A stretch of 64,000 nt of DNA from Mobula birostris (taxonomy: Eukaryota), in the NCBI RefSeq assembly GCF_030028105.1, contig NC_092379.1, positions 91,871,006-91,935,005 of the forward strand, in the 5' to 3' direction. Every line of letters begins with the position of its first letter. Positions within the stretch are counted from its first letter, which is position 1. Both the position numbers and the translations under genes were made by a program. Under the pieces are notes generated by a model. It was not told the DNA's origin and searched no databases. It saw only the letters and a program-made list of their open reading frames with translations. Positions 50,681-63,169 of the stretch are shown piece by piece.

Positions 50681-53600
50681 TGGTATGTTTTGTAACTCCA
50701 AAACGTAAAAGTAAATGAAATTTTAAAAAACACGTAGACCGGGGATAGCACATGTTTACGTTAGTTTTTAGTTTAAGTGAGGTGCACACATGTGACGTGG
50801 CGGTGTGATAACGTATGCCATTCATGTACTTTTACACATAACCGTAATGCGTTATGTAAACAAAGAATGCTTAATCAAATATACTTTCAATATTATTCAA
50901 ATGTTACTAAAATATTAAATACACATCAAGGCTCACTGCTTAGCTATAAACTCCAACTCAATATAGAGTATGTCTCAGCTTATATGCATATAAGGACACT
51001 CTGCTTGATAGGAGAGACTTGAAGCTGTGAAACAACCTCAGATTCTGGAGCCTCCTCTGTGGTTTTTGTATGAGTTGACTCTGGGACTGCAGGAAGTGGT
51101 TCTGATAGCTCTAGTCACCTTTCTTCTGGATGTGTTAGCATCCCAAACAGTGCATGGCAAGCTGCTCGATCTGATGATCTATCCTGGCCGCCAGATGAAG
51201 CCTCAAGCCAATACCTTCATTTTGACTACGCCTAGATGACTAGCATGTAGCTCCTCCAACACTTCAGCTCTCAGCTTGGATGGTACCATAACTCTCAATC
51301 CCCACATAAGGCCACATCTGTCCAGGGCAAGTTCATTCTGGCGCTAGTAAAAATTGGGGAATTTGGATTTCTGCTGCACATTCCAGCCATTTTGTAGACC
51401 TGAGACAGTGTGGGATATTTCTGGTTTCCCTGGCATAACAGGGAGACTTTTAGCTTGCATTAGGGAGAATATGCAAAGTGTCCTCTTTTGTAAATTATTC
51501 AGGTATTTCCTTTTCCAAAGGTAAATGGGACAATCTGTCAGCATTTCCATGATTAGTCATCCCATATTCGAACTTGTAATTGTGACCTGAAAGAAGCAGA
51601 GTCCATCTCTGCACTTTTGCTGCTGCTGTTAGTGGAATACCCTTCTGTGGACTGAAGGTGGACACCAGTGGTTGATGATTGGTAATGAGGGTAAACTCTC
51701 TCCCATACAAGTACTGGTTAAAACATTTTAAACCCTAAACCAGACTCAAGGCCTCTCTGTCAATCTGTGTGTAATTTTTCTCTGCAGCAGTAAAGGAACG
51801 CGATGCCAAGGCCATGGGGCATTCATTTCTATCACTCATAACATCTGACATGACTGCACCTATACCACAAGGCGAGATTTCACAGGCAAGCTTCACTGTA
51901 CAATGTGGATCATAATCTGTGAGTATGGTGTCTGACGTCACCATTTCCTTTACCTTTTGGAAAGCCACCTCACACAGCTTTGTCCATTGTGATTTCTTCC
52001 TGATTTGTAATAATGAGTTCAAGGGATAGAACGTAGTAGCTGGGTTTGGCTGGAACCCATTATAGTAACTGACAAATCCTAAAAAGAACTGCAACTGTGA
52101 CACATCCTTTAGGCTTGGGGCATCCACCACTGCTTGAACATTCTCAGCACACTTGTGTAATCCTTGTGCATCAATTGTGTGACCACAATAAGTGATGCTT
52201 GGTTTAAAGAATTCACACTTGTTGCCTTGTACTCTAAGTGCATAAACTTCCAATTTTTTTAGCAGTGACTTGAGATTTTGGAGATGTTCCTTGTCATCCT
52301 CACTGGTAACAACGATGTCATCCAGGTAACACTGAGTGCCTGGACAATTTTGCTGCACCTGCTCTGTAGCTTTCTGCCAGAGTGCAGTTGCAGATGCCAT
52401 TCCAAAAATAAGCCTATTATCGCGATAAAGCCCATTGTGACTGTTTCTGGAGAGAAATACTTCGGACTCTTTTTCCATCTCCATCTGTAGGTATGCATCA
52501 GCTAAGTCCACCTTACTGAAGTGTTTTCCTCCAGAAAGATTTGTAAAGATATCCTCTTCCCTGGCTAGAAGACATTGCTCTACTTGCAGTACTGGGTTAA
52601 TGGTAACCTTAAAACATCACAGATCCTAATAGACCCACTCTTCTTAGCTACTGGGATAACTGGCATTTCCTATCAGCTCCACTCAACCTTGGAAAGAATT
52701 CCTTCAACCTCCATGTGATCTAGCTCACTGGATACTTAATCATGGAAATGGACAAGCTTTGTAAAATTTGGCTGTGGCATTTTCAATTAACAATATTTTA
52801 CCCTTGATCTGTCTGAATTTTACAGTGTCATCCCTGAACACTATTGTGACATCATCCAGTACCTTTCTTAATTTGCTTTCAATTGGCTCTGTTGCATGGG
52901 ATGTGGCATGCAAGTGACGGATAGATCTCCAATCAAATTGTAGTTGTCTCAGCCAATCATGACCCACAGTGCTGGTCCTACTGTTTTTACCACATGTGGC
53001 TTGTTGGTTGCTGTATATCACTGTTATGAATGTCATTTCCACAGGAGTTATCTTTTCTCCAGTGTAAGTTCTTAGTTGGATATCTTCAGGCTTCAGTTCA
53101 GTATCTTTGAAATATCATTCAAACTCATTTTGAAACAGCCGAGCCAGTGCCCAATTCCATTTTAATTAATATGTCATTCACTTCTGGTGTAAACCAAATT
53201 GCTCGGCAATTGTTAATTTTCACATTGTAATTCTTGAGGCTATTCAGTCCTGTGTCACTCACATCATGATCAGATTTTTCATCAACAGCATGTCGATTAG
53301 TGCTCTTTTTAAAACTGCAACTGGGTGTTTTATCGTTTTCCCTTTCCTGTGCAGTCCATTTATTTTTGTCTACCTGACATGCTCTTTGCATGTGTCCTAC
53401 TTTGTTATATTTTCTACAAGTTTCACCCTTAAGTCTGCATTGGTCTGGTGTATGTGAATACTTGTCACAACAGTAATAGCAGGTTTCTGTTTAGACATTG
53501 CAATTTTGTTCATGCTCACTTTCATTCCTGACTGCAACTTAATTGTGTTTCTCTCTGCTGTTTCCATTGATACATCTATTTCAACTGCTCTTTTAAGTGT

Positions 53601-54484
53601 AGGTTGTGCTTCAGCTAGGAGCCATTTTTGAATGCTGTCTTGTAAAAGTTCACAAACTAATTTATCTTTCAGAGCATTATTAGGATCCATTACACTCTTC
53701 CTTTGATTCTGCTTATGAAACCTAAAGCATTCTGCAATCAACAATGGTTTGGGTTCTAAATATTTCCGCATTAGTTTCATGATATCAGTAAAGCTCATTT
53801 CGGTTAGTTTGGTTGGAGCAGTCAAACTTCTAAGCAAACTGTATGCCTTTAATTCCAATGCACTCAGCAAAACTGACACTCACATTTCATTGTCCACTTC
53901 ATTTGCTTCAAAATACTGCTCAATTTGCTCAGTATACATATTCCAGTTATCTCTTATGCAATTGAACATGTCTACCTTTCCAATGTAGTTATCCTTTCTG
54001 CTTTTTTTTTAAATTTATGATTGTTATCACTTGGTACTCACTGTTTATGAATACACGAATTTACTCTGATTTCTGCCTTTTTAACTCAATTGTCTCTGTC
54101 CCTTCCTGAAGAAGCATGTGCTGCATAGTTCTTTTACTCGACCATTTCTTGCTGTGTTTTTTTTTAATCTCAAATGTCTCGCTGTGCTTCAAAAGATAGG
54201 TAGTCATCTTGGGTTTATTTAAAACTTACATAACACCACTGTTATATTTTGTAAGTCCAAAGCATAAACTCAATTGAAAGAGACCAGGGATAACATGTGT
54301 CTACATTATTTTTATTTTTACTTTAAGTGAGTTGTATGCATATGACATGGTGGTGTGATGATGTATGCAATTATCAAGATAATTTACAATTAACCAGCAA
54401 TGCATTATATAAACAACAAAGAATGCTTAATCAAAAGATATATTTACAATATTACTCAAATATTACTGAAATATTAAGTACAGT
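50681..54484 (-). mobile_element. Gypsy/Ty3 LTR retrotransposon, degraded, both LTRs present (about 50681-50925 and 54240-54484)
   Basis: Two diverged direct repeats of about 245 bp; gag 53397-53990, protease (MELGTGSAVS, a DTG relic), RT (DLADAYLQ, YLDDIVV), RNase H (YTQIDREAL, FTLITNHQPL), integrase HHCC start only. Confidence 0.9.
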
Positions 54485-54732
54485 CAAAGTATCCAGAATT
54501 TTCCAGAAGTATCCAGAATCTCAAATATGCTGAGACTGATTTAACTATGTCATCTTTGGTTAAAATGTGAGTTATTGTGATTGGATTAACGTCTGGTTGA
54601 TTCTTATTAATTAATCTTATTGCAAAAACTATTTGTTAATTTGCAAGCTTATTTTGGGGGCTTGGTCTAGGTTTTCTCTTGATATATAAAGGCTCCTGGT
54701 TCCTATCTAACACTATTGTTTGTGTTGTCTAG

Positions 54733-54827
54733 GTCTGTCAGCTGCCAAGCTGCTGATAGAGGAAGGTATGAAAGTGCTGGTCTTAGAAGCGAGAGATCGT
54801 GTTGGAGGAAGAACATACACTGTTCGA
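54733..54827 (+). CDS. MAO: MAO coding exon 2
   Basis: ttgtctAG|(G)[31 protein letters not shown]|GTAAGT; 95 nt; [13 protein letters not shown] as in MAOA/B. Confidence 0.96.
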
Positions 54828-54954
54828 GTAAGTAATTAAAATTATCATAATCTCTATGTTCTTTTGGATGAATAGGTTCAGAGATGATGGCTTAGGAGTT
54901 GGGTTATCAACAAGATGTAGATCAGACTCTGTAAAGTCTGAGTCTGTTTCTGTG

Positions 54955-55305
54955 GAGCAGTAGTGGCTAGTTTATTAGGTACAGGAGTGGAACCTGGTGT
55001 AGTCTTCTGCTGCTGTCACCCGTTTTCTGTAAACTCTGGAGACTGTTGTGTATGAAAATCCCAGGAGATCAACAATTTCTGAGATATTCAAACCACTCCA
55101 TCTGGCACCAACAATCGTTCCATGGTGAAGGTCACATAGATTACATTTCTTCTCCATTCTGATGTTTGGTATATACAACAAGTAAACTTCTTGATCATGT
55201 CTGTATGCTTTTATGCATTGTGATGCTGCTATATGATTGGGTGATTAGATATTTGCATTAACAAGCAAGTGCACAGATATACCTAATAAAGTAGCCACTG
55301 GGTGT
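54955..55305 (-). mobile_element. Non-autonomous Tc1 derivative (MITE-like)
   Basis: TIRs agtggctagtttattaggta / tacctaataaagtagccact; ORF 54975-55181 keeps the HTH (GTIVGAR..GLNISEIVDLLGFSYTTVSRVYR). Confidence 0.8.
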
Positions 55306-55339
55306 ATCATAACACATAAAGGGTCTTAGATCAGCACTT

Positions 55340-56420
55340 GAAATCCATGAGGAGTATTTGTGATTCCTAGTCCACAAAGATTTCTGAAAACATTCTCCCT
55401 CTGTAAGGCCTCTGGACGTTGTTGTGCAACTGGATGCCTGTCATCTGTGCAAATCCGAACAAATATCTCCACCTCACCAACAATCATCAGTGGTGCAGCT
55501 CAAGGCTGCGTGCTTAGCTCACTGCTCCACTCCATCTACAGCTACGATTCTGTGGCTAGGCACAGCTCAAACACCATCTATAAATTTGCTGATGACGCAA
55601 TGTTGTTGGCAGAACTTCAGATGGTGACGAGGATGTGTACAGGACTGAGACAGATTAGCTTGTTGCAGCAGCACCCTTGTGTTCATTGTTAGTAAGACCA
55701 CTGTGCACTTCAGGAAGGGAAAGTTGAGTGAACACACATCAGTCCTCATGGAAGTGCTCATCCTTTTCACACCTGATCCTTTAAAGTTCCTGAGTGTCAG
55801 CATCTCTGAAGCCCATCTTGGGCCCAACAGACTAAAGTAATTACAAAGAAGGTATGACAGTGGCTATACTTCATTAGGAGTTTGAGGAGAACTGGTATGT
55901 CACCAAAGACAGTCGCAAATTTTTACATATGTACCATGGAGAGGATTCTAGTTGGTTGCATCACCATCTGAAATGGAAAGATCACTCCAGTCAGGAAAGG
56001 CTGCAGAAAATTGTAATCATGTGCACTGGCCTCACCAGCATCCAAAACTCCTTCAAAAGGTGATTCCTCAAAAAGGTAGTATCCATCATTAAGGACCCCC
56101 CTCACTTAAGACATGCCATTTTCTCTTTGCTACCACCAAGGAGGAAGTACAAGAGCCTCAAGACACACTCAATGTTTCAGGAAAAGCTCCTTCCCCTCCG
56201 CCATAGATTTCTGAGTGGACAGTGAACCCATGAACACTACCTCAGTATTTTCCCCTCAATTTTTGCACTACATATTTAATTTAAAAACGCAAACAACGTT
56301 TAATTTAATTTTCTTTTTTGTATATACTTTATAGTTTTTATTATTATGAATTGTAACATACTGCTGCCGCAAAATGACAAATTTCATGACCTATGCCAAT
56401 GATATTAAACCTGAATCTGA
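55340..56420 (+). mobile_element. Degraded Rex1/Babar-type LINE
   Basis: GAAQGCVLS...IYKFADD in ORF 55360-55692; 3' end attaaacctgaatctgattc. Confidence 0.8.
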
Positions 56421-57536
56421 TTCATTATTATATAAAGCTAGCAACAGAGGAAACTGAATGTTCCAACATCTGTAAATGTAATCATTCACACCTTTGAAGA
56501 TGGTGTCATTTGTTCACCAGGCCATGAACAAATATGCAAGTCACTGAATTTTAGTTTTTAGCCACTCTTGAAAGTCAAAATTTCCTTTAAAACCAACTAT
56601 GACTGATTCCTGAAGAAACGAAGCGCTTTATCCATCTGATCTTTTATAGCACCTAAGGAATTATTTCAGCACCTGATATGTTTATGTTCTATAATAAATG
56701 CTGTCCACAAGCCAATGTTTAAAAAGGTCATGATTGTACCAAGAGCCATCTGATTCCCCCGCAAAACAGCAGAAGCTGCCAGTGCAAACAAATACTGCAC
56801 AGAGGGACCACAGGGTAATTTGGTTGTGGTCCAGTCCATCCGTTAAGGATACCATGCTTACCTCACTCTAGAAAGCTTGTCACTAGCACGCTGGTGAATA
56901 ATGTGGACACCCTCTTTCTCAAAATGAATGGAACATTCAATTGTTGAAAATTGCCCTGTTCCCAAATCCACAACATTGGGGCTAATGTTGCACCTTCACT
57001 CCTACCCTGATTCAACTCTTCCAACATTTTACCAGCATTCAGCTCAGCACAACAGTAATCCTCCCTGTTTGCTTTGCCCAGATTCTTTATTTTTCTTTTC
57101 TCTTAGGTATTAAGGCCAATTACAAATTTTCATCTAATGAAAGGTGTTTTGTTTCTTTTGTCCATTATTAGTATATCAAGAAAGGATATTTACATTGGCA
57201 GTTTTCTATCAAAGTATAGTTGTCAGAATTGGCCACTGTACCATTGAACTAAAAAAGATTCCTGCTGTCAATCATTATCAAGTGAGACATGCTGAAAAAT
57301 GTCCATGCATGAATATCATGCAAGAATTTGCCCTGGCTGTAAATATATACAGTACATGGTTGAACAGTGTGTCGCAATAATTGCCAGGATGTGTACATGA
57401 AAATAGCAATGTAAATTAGCAGAAAGGGTACCAGCACCCAGAGAACTGGGAACCTACAGAAGTCATTGCTGTCAAAGGAATAGACAATAGATTGCAAAGA
57501 AAATTAGTTATTTATTGACACAATTATTTGTCATAG

Positions 57537-57674
57537 GGTCCAGAGTTCCAGTACGTTGACTTGGGGGGAGCATATGTTGGACCCACTCAAAATCGGATTT
57601 TGCGATTAGCCAAGGAGCTGGGTATAAAGACGTATAAAGTAAACGAAGAAGAGAAACTTATTCACTTTGTACAG
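57537..57674 (+). CDS. MAO: MAO coding exon 3 (gene continues beyond window)
   Basis: tgtcatAG|[46 protein letters not shown]|GTAAAA; 138 nt; matches [27 protein letters not shown]. Confidence 0.96.
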
Positions 57675-58813
57675 GTAAAATGATTCCATTTCTTTTTTAT
57701 TTGAATGTTGTTGTTAAAAGATTGTAGTTCCAGGGAATGAAGCACTCTTTTGCTACCATTATTGCCGACATTGACATTGGTATACCAGTTTTTAGATACT
57801 AGATATAGCAGATAACGGGCATGGCCAGACTATCCTTGTGTTACCTTCAAAATGGAACACCAAGCTGTCTCAAGTGAATCACTTCCTATGAAATAGAATT
57901 ACATTTTTTTAGCTGTCTATCACATTGCAATAGTCTCTAGACCTTCTATGAAGTTTCAAACCTACATTTAAAAGTTATTGAAAATAGACCGAGGGGCCTC
58001 CGAATCAAATTAATTTATGACAGCCAGTCTTTTGAACCTTTCAAGCCTAATTTTATAGAAAGTGAATTTCCACGGAAGAATGTTCCAATGGCCTATTATC
58101 ACTGCAAGGGAAGATTCAATAGCAATATCAGAGTGATATTGTAAATGTTTATTTTAATATTCAGCTCAGAAATCTTTTTAACATTTCTGCCAATGGTAGG
58201 CTGTAGCAGTTGAACTCTCTGGTCTACTCAGTTAACAGAGATTTTATGTTATTGAATTTAACAAGATGTTTTAGTTCATGTCCCTGTTATTCAAATCTCC
58301 CTATTAGAACATAAAGACATAGGAGCAGAATTAGACCATTTGGGCCATCGAGTCTACTCCACCATTCGATCTTGGCTGATTTATTATTCCTCTCAACCCT
58401 ATTCTCCAGTCTTCTCCCTAACCTTTGATGTCTTTAATAATCAAGAGCCTATCAACCTCCACTTTAAATACCCAATGACTTGGCCTCCACTGCCAAGTAT
58501 GGCAATTAATTCTGCAGATTCACCACCCTCTGGCTAAATAAATTGTGCTTCATCTCTGTTGTAAAGGGATGTCCTACTCTGAGTCTGTGCCTAATGGTCC
58601 TTGACTTTCCCTCTATAAGAAGCATCCTCTCCACGTCCACTCTATCTGGGCCTTTCAATGTTTGATAGGTTTCAATGATATCCCCCCTCATTCTTCTAAA
58701 CTCCAGCAAGTGCAGGTCCAGAGCCATCAAACAGTCCTCATATGAAAACTATTTCATTCCTGGAATCATTCTCATGAACCTTCTTGGTCCCTCTCCAATA
58801 CCAGCACATTCTT

Positions 58814-59014
58814 TAAAAACGCAAATACAAAGAAATCTGCAGATGCTGGAATTTCAAGCAACACACAAAAATTGCTGGTGAACGCAAGAGATTTCTTGCT
58901 ATCTCTTCTTTCAGTCAGTCCTGACGAAGGGTCTCGGCCCAAAACGTCGACTGTACCTCTTCCTATAGATGCTGCACGGCCTGCTGCGTTCACCAGCAAT
59001 TTTTATGTGTGTTG
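58814..59014 (+). mobile_element. 201-bp Penelope-derived mini-insert with inverted repeats and hammerhead motif
   Basis: 13-bp direct repeat CCAGCACATTCTT at 58801-58813 and 59015-59027; inverted repeat 58858-58886 / 58985-59015; AGTC-CTGACGA...AAAACGTC-GACT at 58917-58952. Confidence 0.85.
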
Positions 59015-61037
59015 CCAGCACATTCTTCTTAGATTAGGGGCCCAAAACTGTTCACAATTCTCTAAGTGTGGTCTGAGCAATGTCTTATAAGGCTCAGCAT
59101 TACATCTTTGTTTTTAAAGTCTAGTTGTCTTGAAATGAATGCTAACATTGCAATTTGCCTTACTTACTACTGGCTCAACCTGCAAGTTAACCTTTAAGGA
59201 ATCTTACACGTAGACTTTCAAGTCCCTTTGCACCTCAGCTTTCTGAACTTTCTCCCCACTTAAAAAATATAGTCTACATTTTTATCCCTTCTACTGAAGT
59301 GCATTACCATACACTTCCCTATACTCTATTCTAATCTGCCATCAACTTGCCCATTCTCTTAAACTGTCTATTTCCTTCTCCAGATGTCCTGCTTCTTCAA
59401 CACTACCTGCCCCTCCACCTATCTTTGTATTGTGTCCAAATTTGGCCACATAGCTATCAATTCCATCCTCCAATTCATTGATGTATAGCGTGAAAAGAAG
59501 CAGTCCCAAAACTGACCCCTGCAGAACACTACTAGTTACCAGCAGCTAACCAGAAAAGGCCCCCTTTATTTCCACTCTTTGCCTCCTGCCAGTCAGCCAA
59601 CCTTCTATCTATGCTAGTATCTTCTCTGTAATACCATGGGCTCTTATATTGTGGAACAGACTCATGTACGGAGCCTTGTCAAAGACTTTCAGAAAATCGA
59701 AGTAGACAACATCCACTGACTTTTCTTTATCTATGTTATTTCCTCAAAGAATTCCAACACACTTGTCAGGCAAGATTTCCCCTTAAGGAAACAATGTTGA
59801 CTTTGGCCTATTTTGTATGTGTCTCTAAGTACCCCAAAACCTCATCCTTAATAATGGACTCCAACGTTTTTCCAACCACTGAAGTCGGGCTAATTGGCCT
59901 ATTATTCACTGTCTTTTGCATCTTAAAGTGTGCAGTGACATTTGTAATTTTCCTGTCCTCCAAAAACTTTCCATAATCTAGTGATTCTTGTAAGATCATT
60001 ACTATTGCCTCCACAATCTCTTCAGCTACCTCTTTCAGAACCCTGGGGTATAGTTCATTTCCTCCAGGTGACTCTTAAACTTTCCAAGCATATTTCCCTT
60101 GGTATTAGCAACTATACTCAAGTCTACTCCCTGAGACTCCTGAATGTCTGAAGAACTACGGATGTCTTCCACAGTGAAGACTGACACAAAATACTTATGC
60201 TCATCCACTATTTCTTTGTACCCCCATTACTACCTCTCCAGTGTCACTTTCCAGTGGTCCGATATCCACTCTTGCCTTTTATTCTTTATATATAGGAAAA
60301 AATATTTGGTATCCTTTTTTTATATATTATTGGCTAGCTTATTTTCATAATTAATCTTTTTGCTTCTTATTGCCTTTTTAATTGCCTTCTGTTGGTTTTC
60401 AAATGCTTCCCAATCCTACAACTTGCCATTAATTTTGGTTATATTATATGCCATTCTTTTGTTTTTATGTTGTCTTTGGCATCACTTATCAGCCATGGTT
60501 GCCGCATCCCCACTTTAGAATGCATCATTTTCTTTGGTATGTATCTATCCTGTGGCTTCTAAATTGCTCCCAGAAACTCAAGCCATTGCTGCTCTGCCGT
60601 CATCCCTGCCAGTGTACCCTTCCAATCAGTTTTGGCCTGCTACTCTCTCATGCCTTTGTAATTTTCTTTACTCCACTATAATATTGATACATCTGATGTT
60701 AGCTTCTCCTTCTCAAACTGCAGGGTGAATCCTATCACATTATGATCACTGCCTGCTAAGGGTCTCTTAACCTTAAGCTCCCTAATCAAATCTGGTGCAC
60801 AGTATCCATTCCAGAATTGCCTTTTCTCTGGTGGGCTCAGTGATGAGCTGCATGAAAAAGCTATTCCCTAGGCATTCTGGAAATTCCTTCTCTTGGGGTC
60901 CAGCATCAACCTGATTTCCTCAATCTACCTGCACATTGAAATCCCCATTACAATCATAACATTGCCCTTTTTACATGCCTTTTCTGCTTCTCAATGTAAT
61001 TTGTACCCCAATTGTGCAGAGGCTTGTATAAAACTCC

Positions 61038-62310
61038 AGTTTTGGGTGGAGACTCTTCTTCAGTACTGAGGAGGAAGGAAGAAGATGTCTGAATAAAAAA
61101 AGCGGGAGCAGGGGAAAGAGGCTAGCTAGAAGGTGGTAGGAGAAGCCAGGTGGGTGGGAAAGGTCAAGAGCTGGAGAAAAATGAATCTGATAAGAGAGGA
61201 GAGTGGACCACAGGAGAAAAGGAAGGAGGAGGGGACCCGGGGGAAGTACTAGGAGGTGAGAAATAAAGGTCAGAGTGGGGAATAGAGGAAGTGGTGTGAG
61301 GGGATATTTGTTCACTGCAAGGATAAATTGATATTCATGCCATCAGGTTGGAGGGTACCCATACAGAATATGAGGTGCCACTCCTCCACCCTGAGGGTAG
61401 CCTTATCTTGGCACAAGAGGAGGCCATAGATGACACGTTGGAACAAGAATGGAATTGGAATTAAAATGTATGGCCACTGGGAAGACCCGCTTTTGGTGGA
61501 TGGTGCAGAGGTGCTCGATGAAGAGGACCCCAATTTACAACAGGTTTCACCAATGTAGAGGAGGCTATATCAGGAGCACTGGATGCCATAGACGACCCCA
61601 TCAGACTCACAGGTGAAGAATTGCCTCCCCTAGAAGGACTGTTTGGACCCCTGAATGGAGGAGCGGGAGGAGGTGTATGGGCAGGCGGAGCACCTAGGCC
61701 ACTTGCATGGATAAGTGCCTGGAAGGAGATTAGTGGGGAGGGACGAATGGACGAGAACTGCAGAGGGAGCAATCCCTGTGGAAAGCAGAGGGAGGAACAG
61801 AAAGATATGGTTAGTAGTAGGATCCCTTTGGAGATGGCAGAAGTTGTGGAGGATGTGGACGCTGATGCGGTGATAGGTAAGGACAAGAGGGACTATCACT
61901 GTTGTGGTGGCGTGGATGCCTGTGAAATGGAGAAGATGCAGACGTGGGCAGCATCAACAGTACAACCCGACAACTCTGCTGTCCTGGAATGGAAAGGTGT
62001 GATGGAGGCGAAGAAACTACGAGAAGGGAATAGCCGTTTTACAGGAGACAGAGTGGGAAGAGGTGTAGACAAGATAACCGTGGGAATCAGTAGTTTTATA
62101 AAAGGTGTTGGTTGACAGTTTGGCTTTGAAGATGGAGACAGAGACTGAGAAAGGGGAGGAAGGTTTCAGAGATGGACCAAGTGAATTTGAGGGCAAGGTG
62201 GAAGTGAGAGGCAAAGTTGATGAAATTGCCGAGCTCAGCATGGGTACGTGAAGCAGCACCAATGCAGTTTTCAATGTGGCAGAGTCAGAGTTGGAAAGTA
62301 TAACAGTGGA
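61038..62310 (-). mobile_element. Penelope-like element fragment
   Basis: ORFs 61630-61899 (PLVLTYH...HLQRDPTTNHIF) and 62017-62403 (FYKTTDSHGYL...SHSVSCKTAIPFS), homologous to 26951-28168. Confidence 0.85.
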
Positions 62311-63169
62311 AGCATCTAAATGTACTATAAGATCATCCGCCTGCTTGCATTTAAATACAACACCTTCAGTCCTGAATTCATCACCCTTTTTGATTTTGTC
62401 CACATGTTATACTTCAACTCATCCCACTGACTGAAATTTTGCCCTGTCAACTGCCTATTCTTCCTCCCAGTCTCATTACACACTGCATCTACCTGTATAC
62501 CAACTACTGTTCCTCAGTCCTGTCACTCCAAACCCTATCGCTTTGCAAAATTACCTTAAACCCTCCCCAACACCTCTAGTGAACCTGCCCGCAAGGATAT
62601 TGGTCCCCCTTGGGTTTAGGTGTAATCTGTCTTTTTTGTTCCATTTATACCTTCCCCAGAAAAGGATTCGAATGATCCATAAATCTGAAACCCTGCCCCC
62701 GCATCACACATTGATTTGTCAAATCATCCTATTTTTACCCTCACTAGTGCTTGGCATGGACAGCAATCCAGAGATTACTACCCTTGAGGTCCTACTTTTC
62801 AGCTTTCAGGACTTCATCCCTTTTCCTGCCTATACTGTTGGTGCCAATAGGTACTGCTGCCTGGCCTGCTGCGTTCACCAGCAACTTTTATGTGTGTTAC
62901 CATGACCTCTGGCTGCTTTCCCTCCCCTTTGAGAGTTCTGTGCATCTGATCCAAGACATCCCTCACCCTTGGACCTGGGAGGCAACATACCATTTAGGTG
63001 TCTCTGTCTGCTCTTTGAACTTTGGAATCCCCTATCACTATTGCACTACTCTTCTCCACCCCCCTCCCCCTTTCTTTTGAGCCTCAGAGCCAGACTCAGT
63101 GCCAGAGACCCAGTCACTGTGTCTTCCCCTGAATAGCATGCTCCCCTCAAAAGTCTCCAAAATAGTAAA

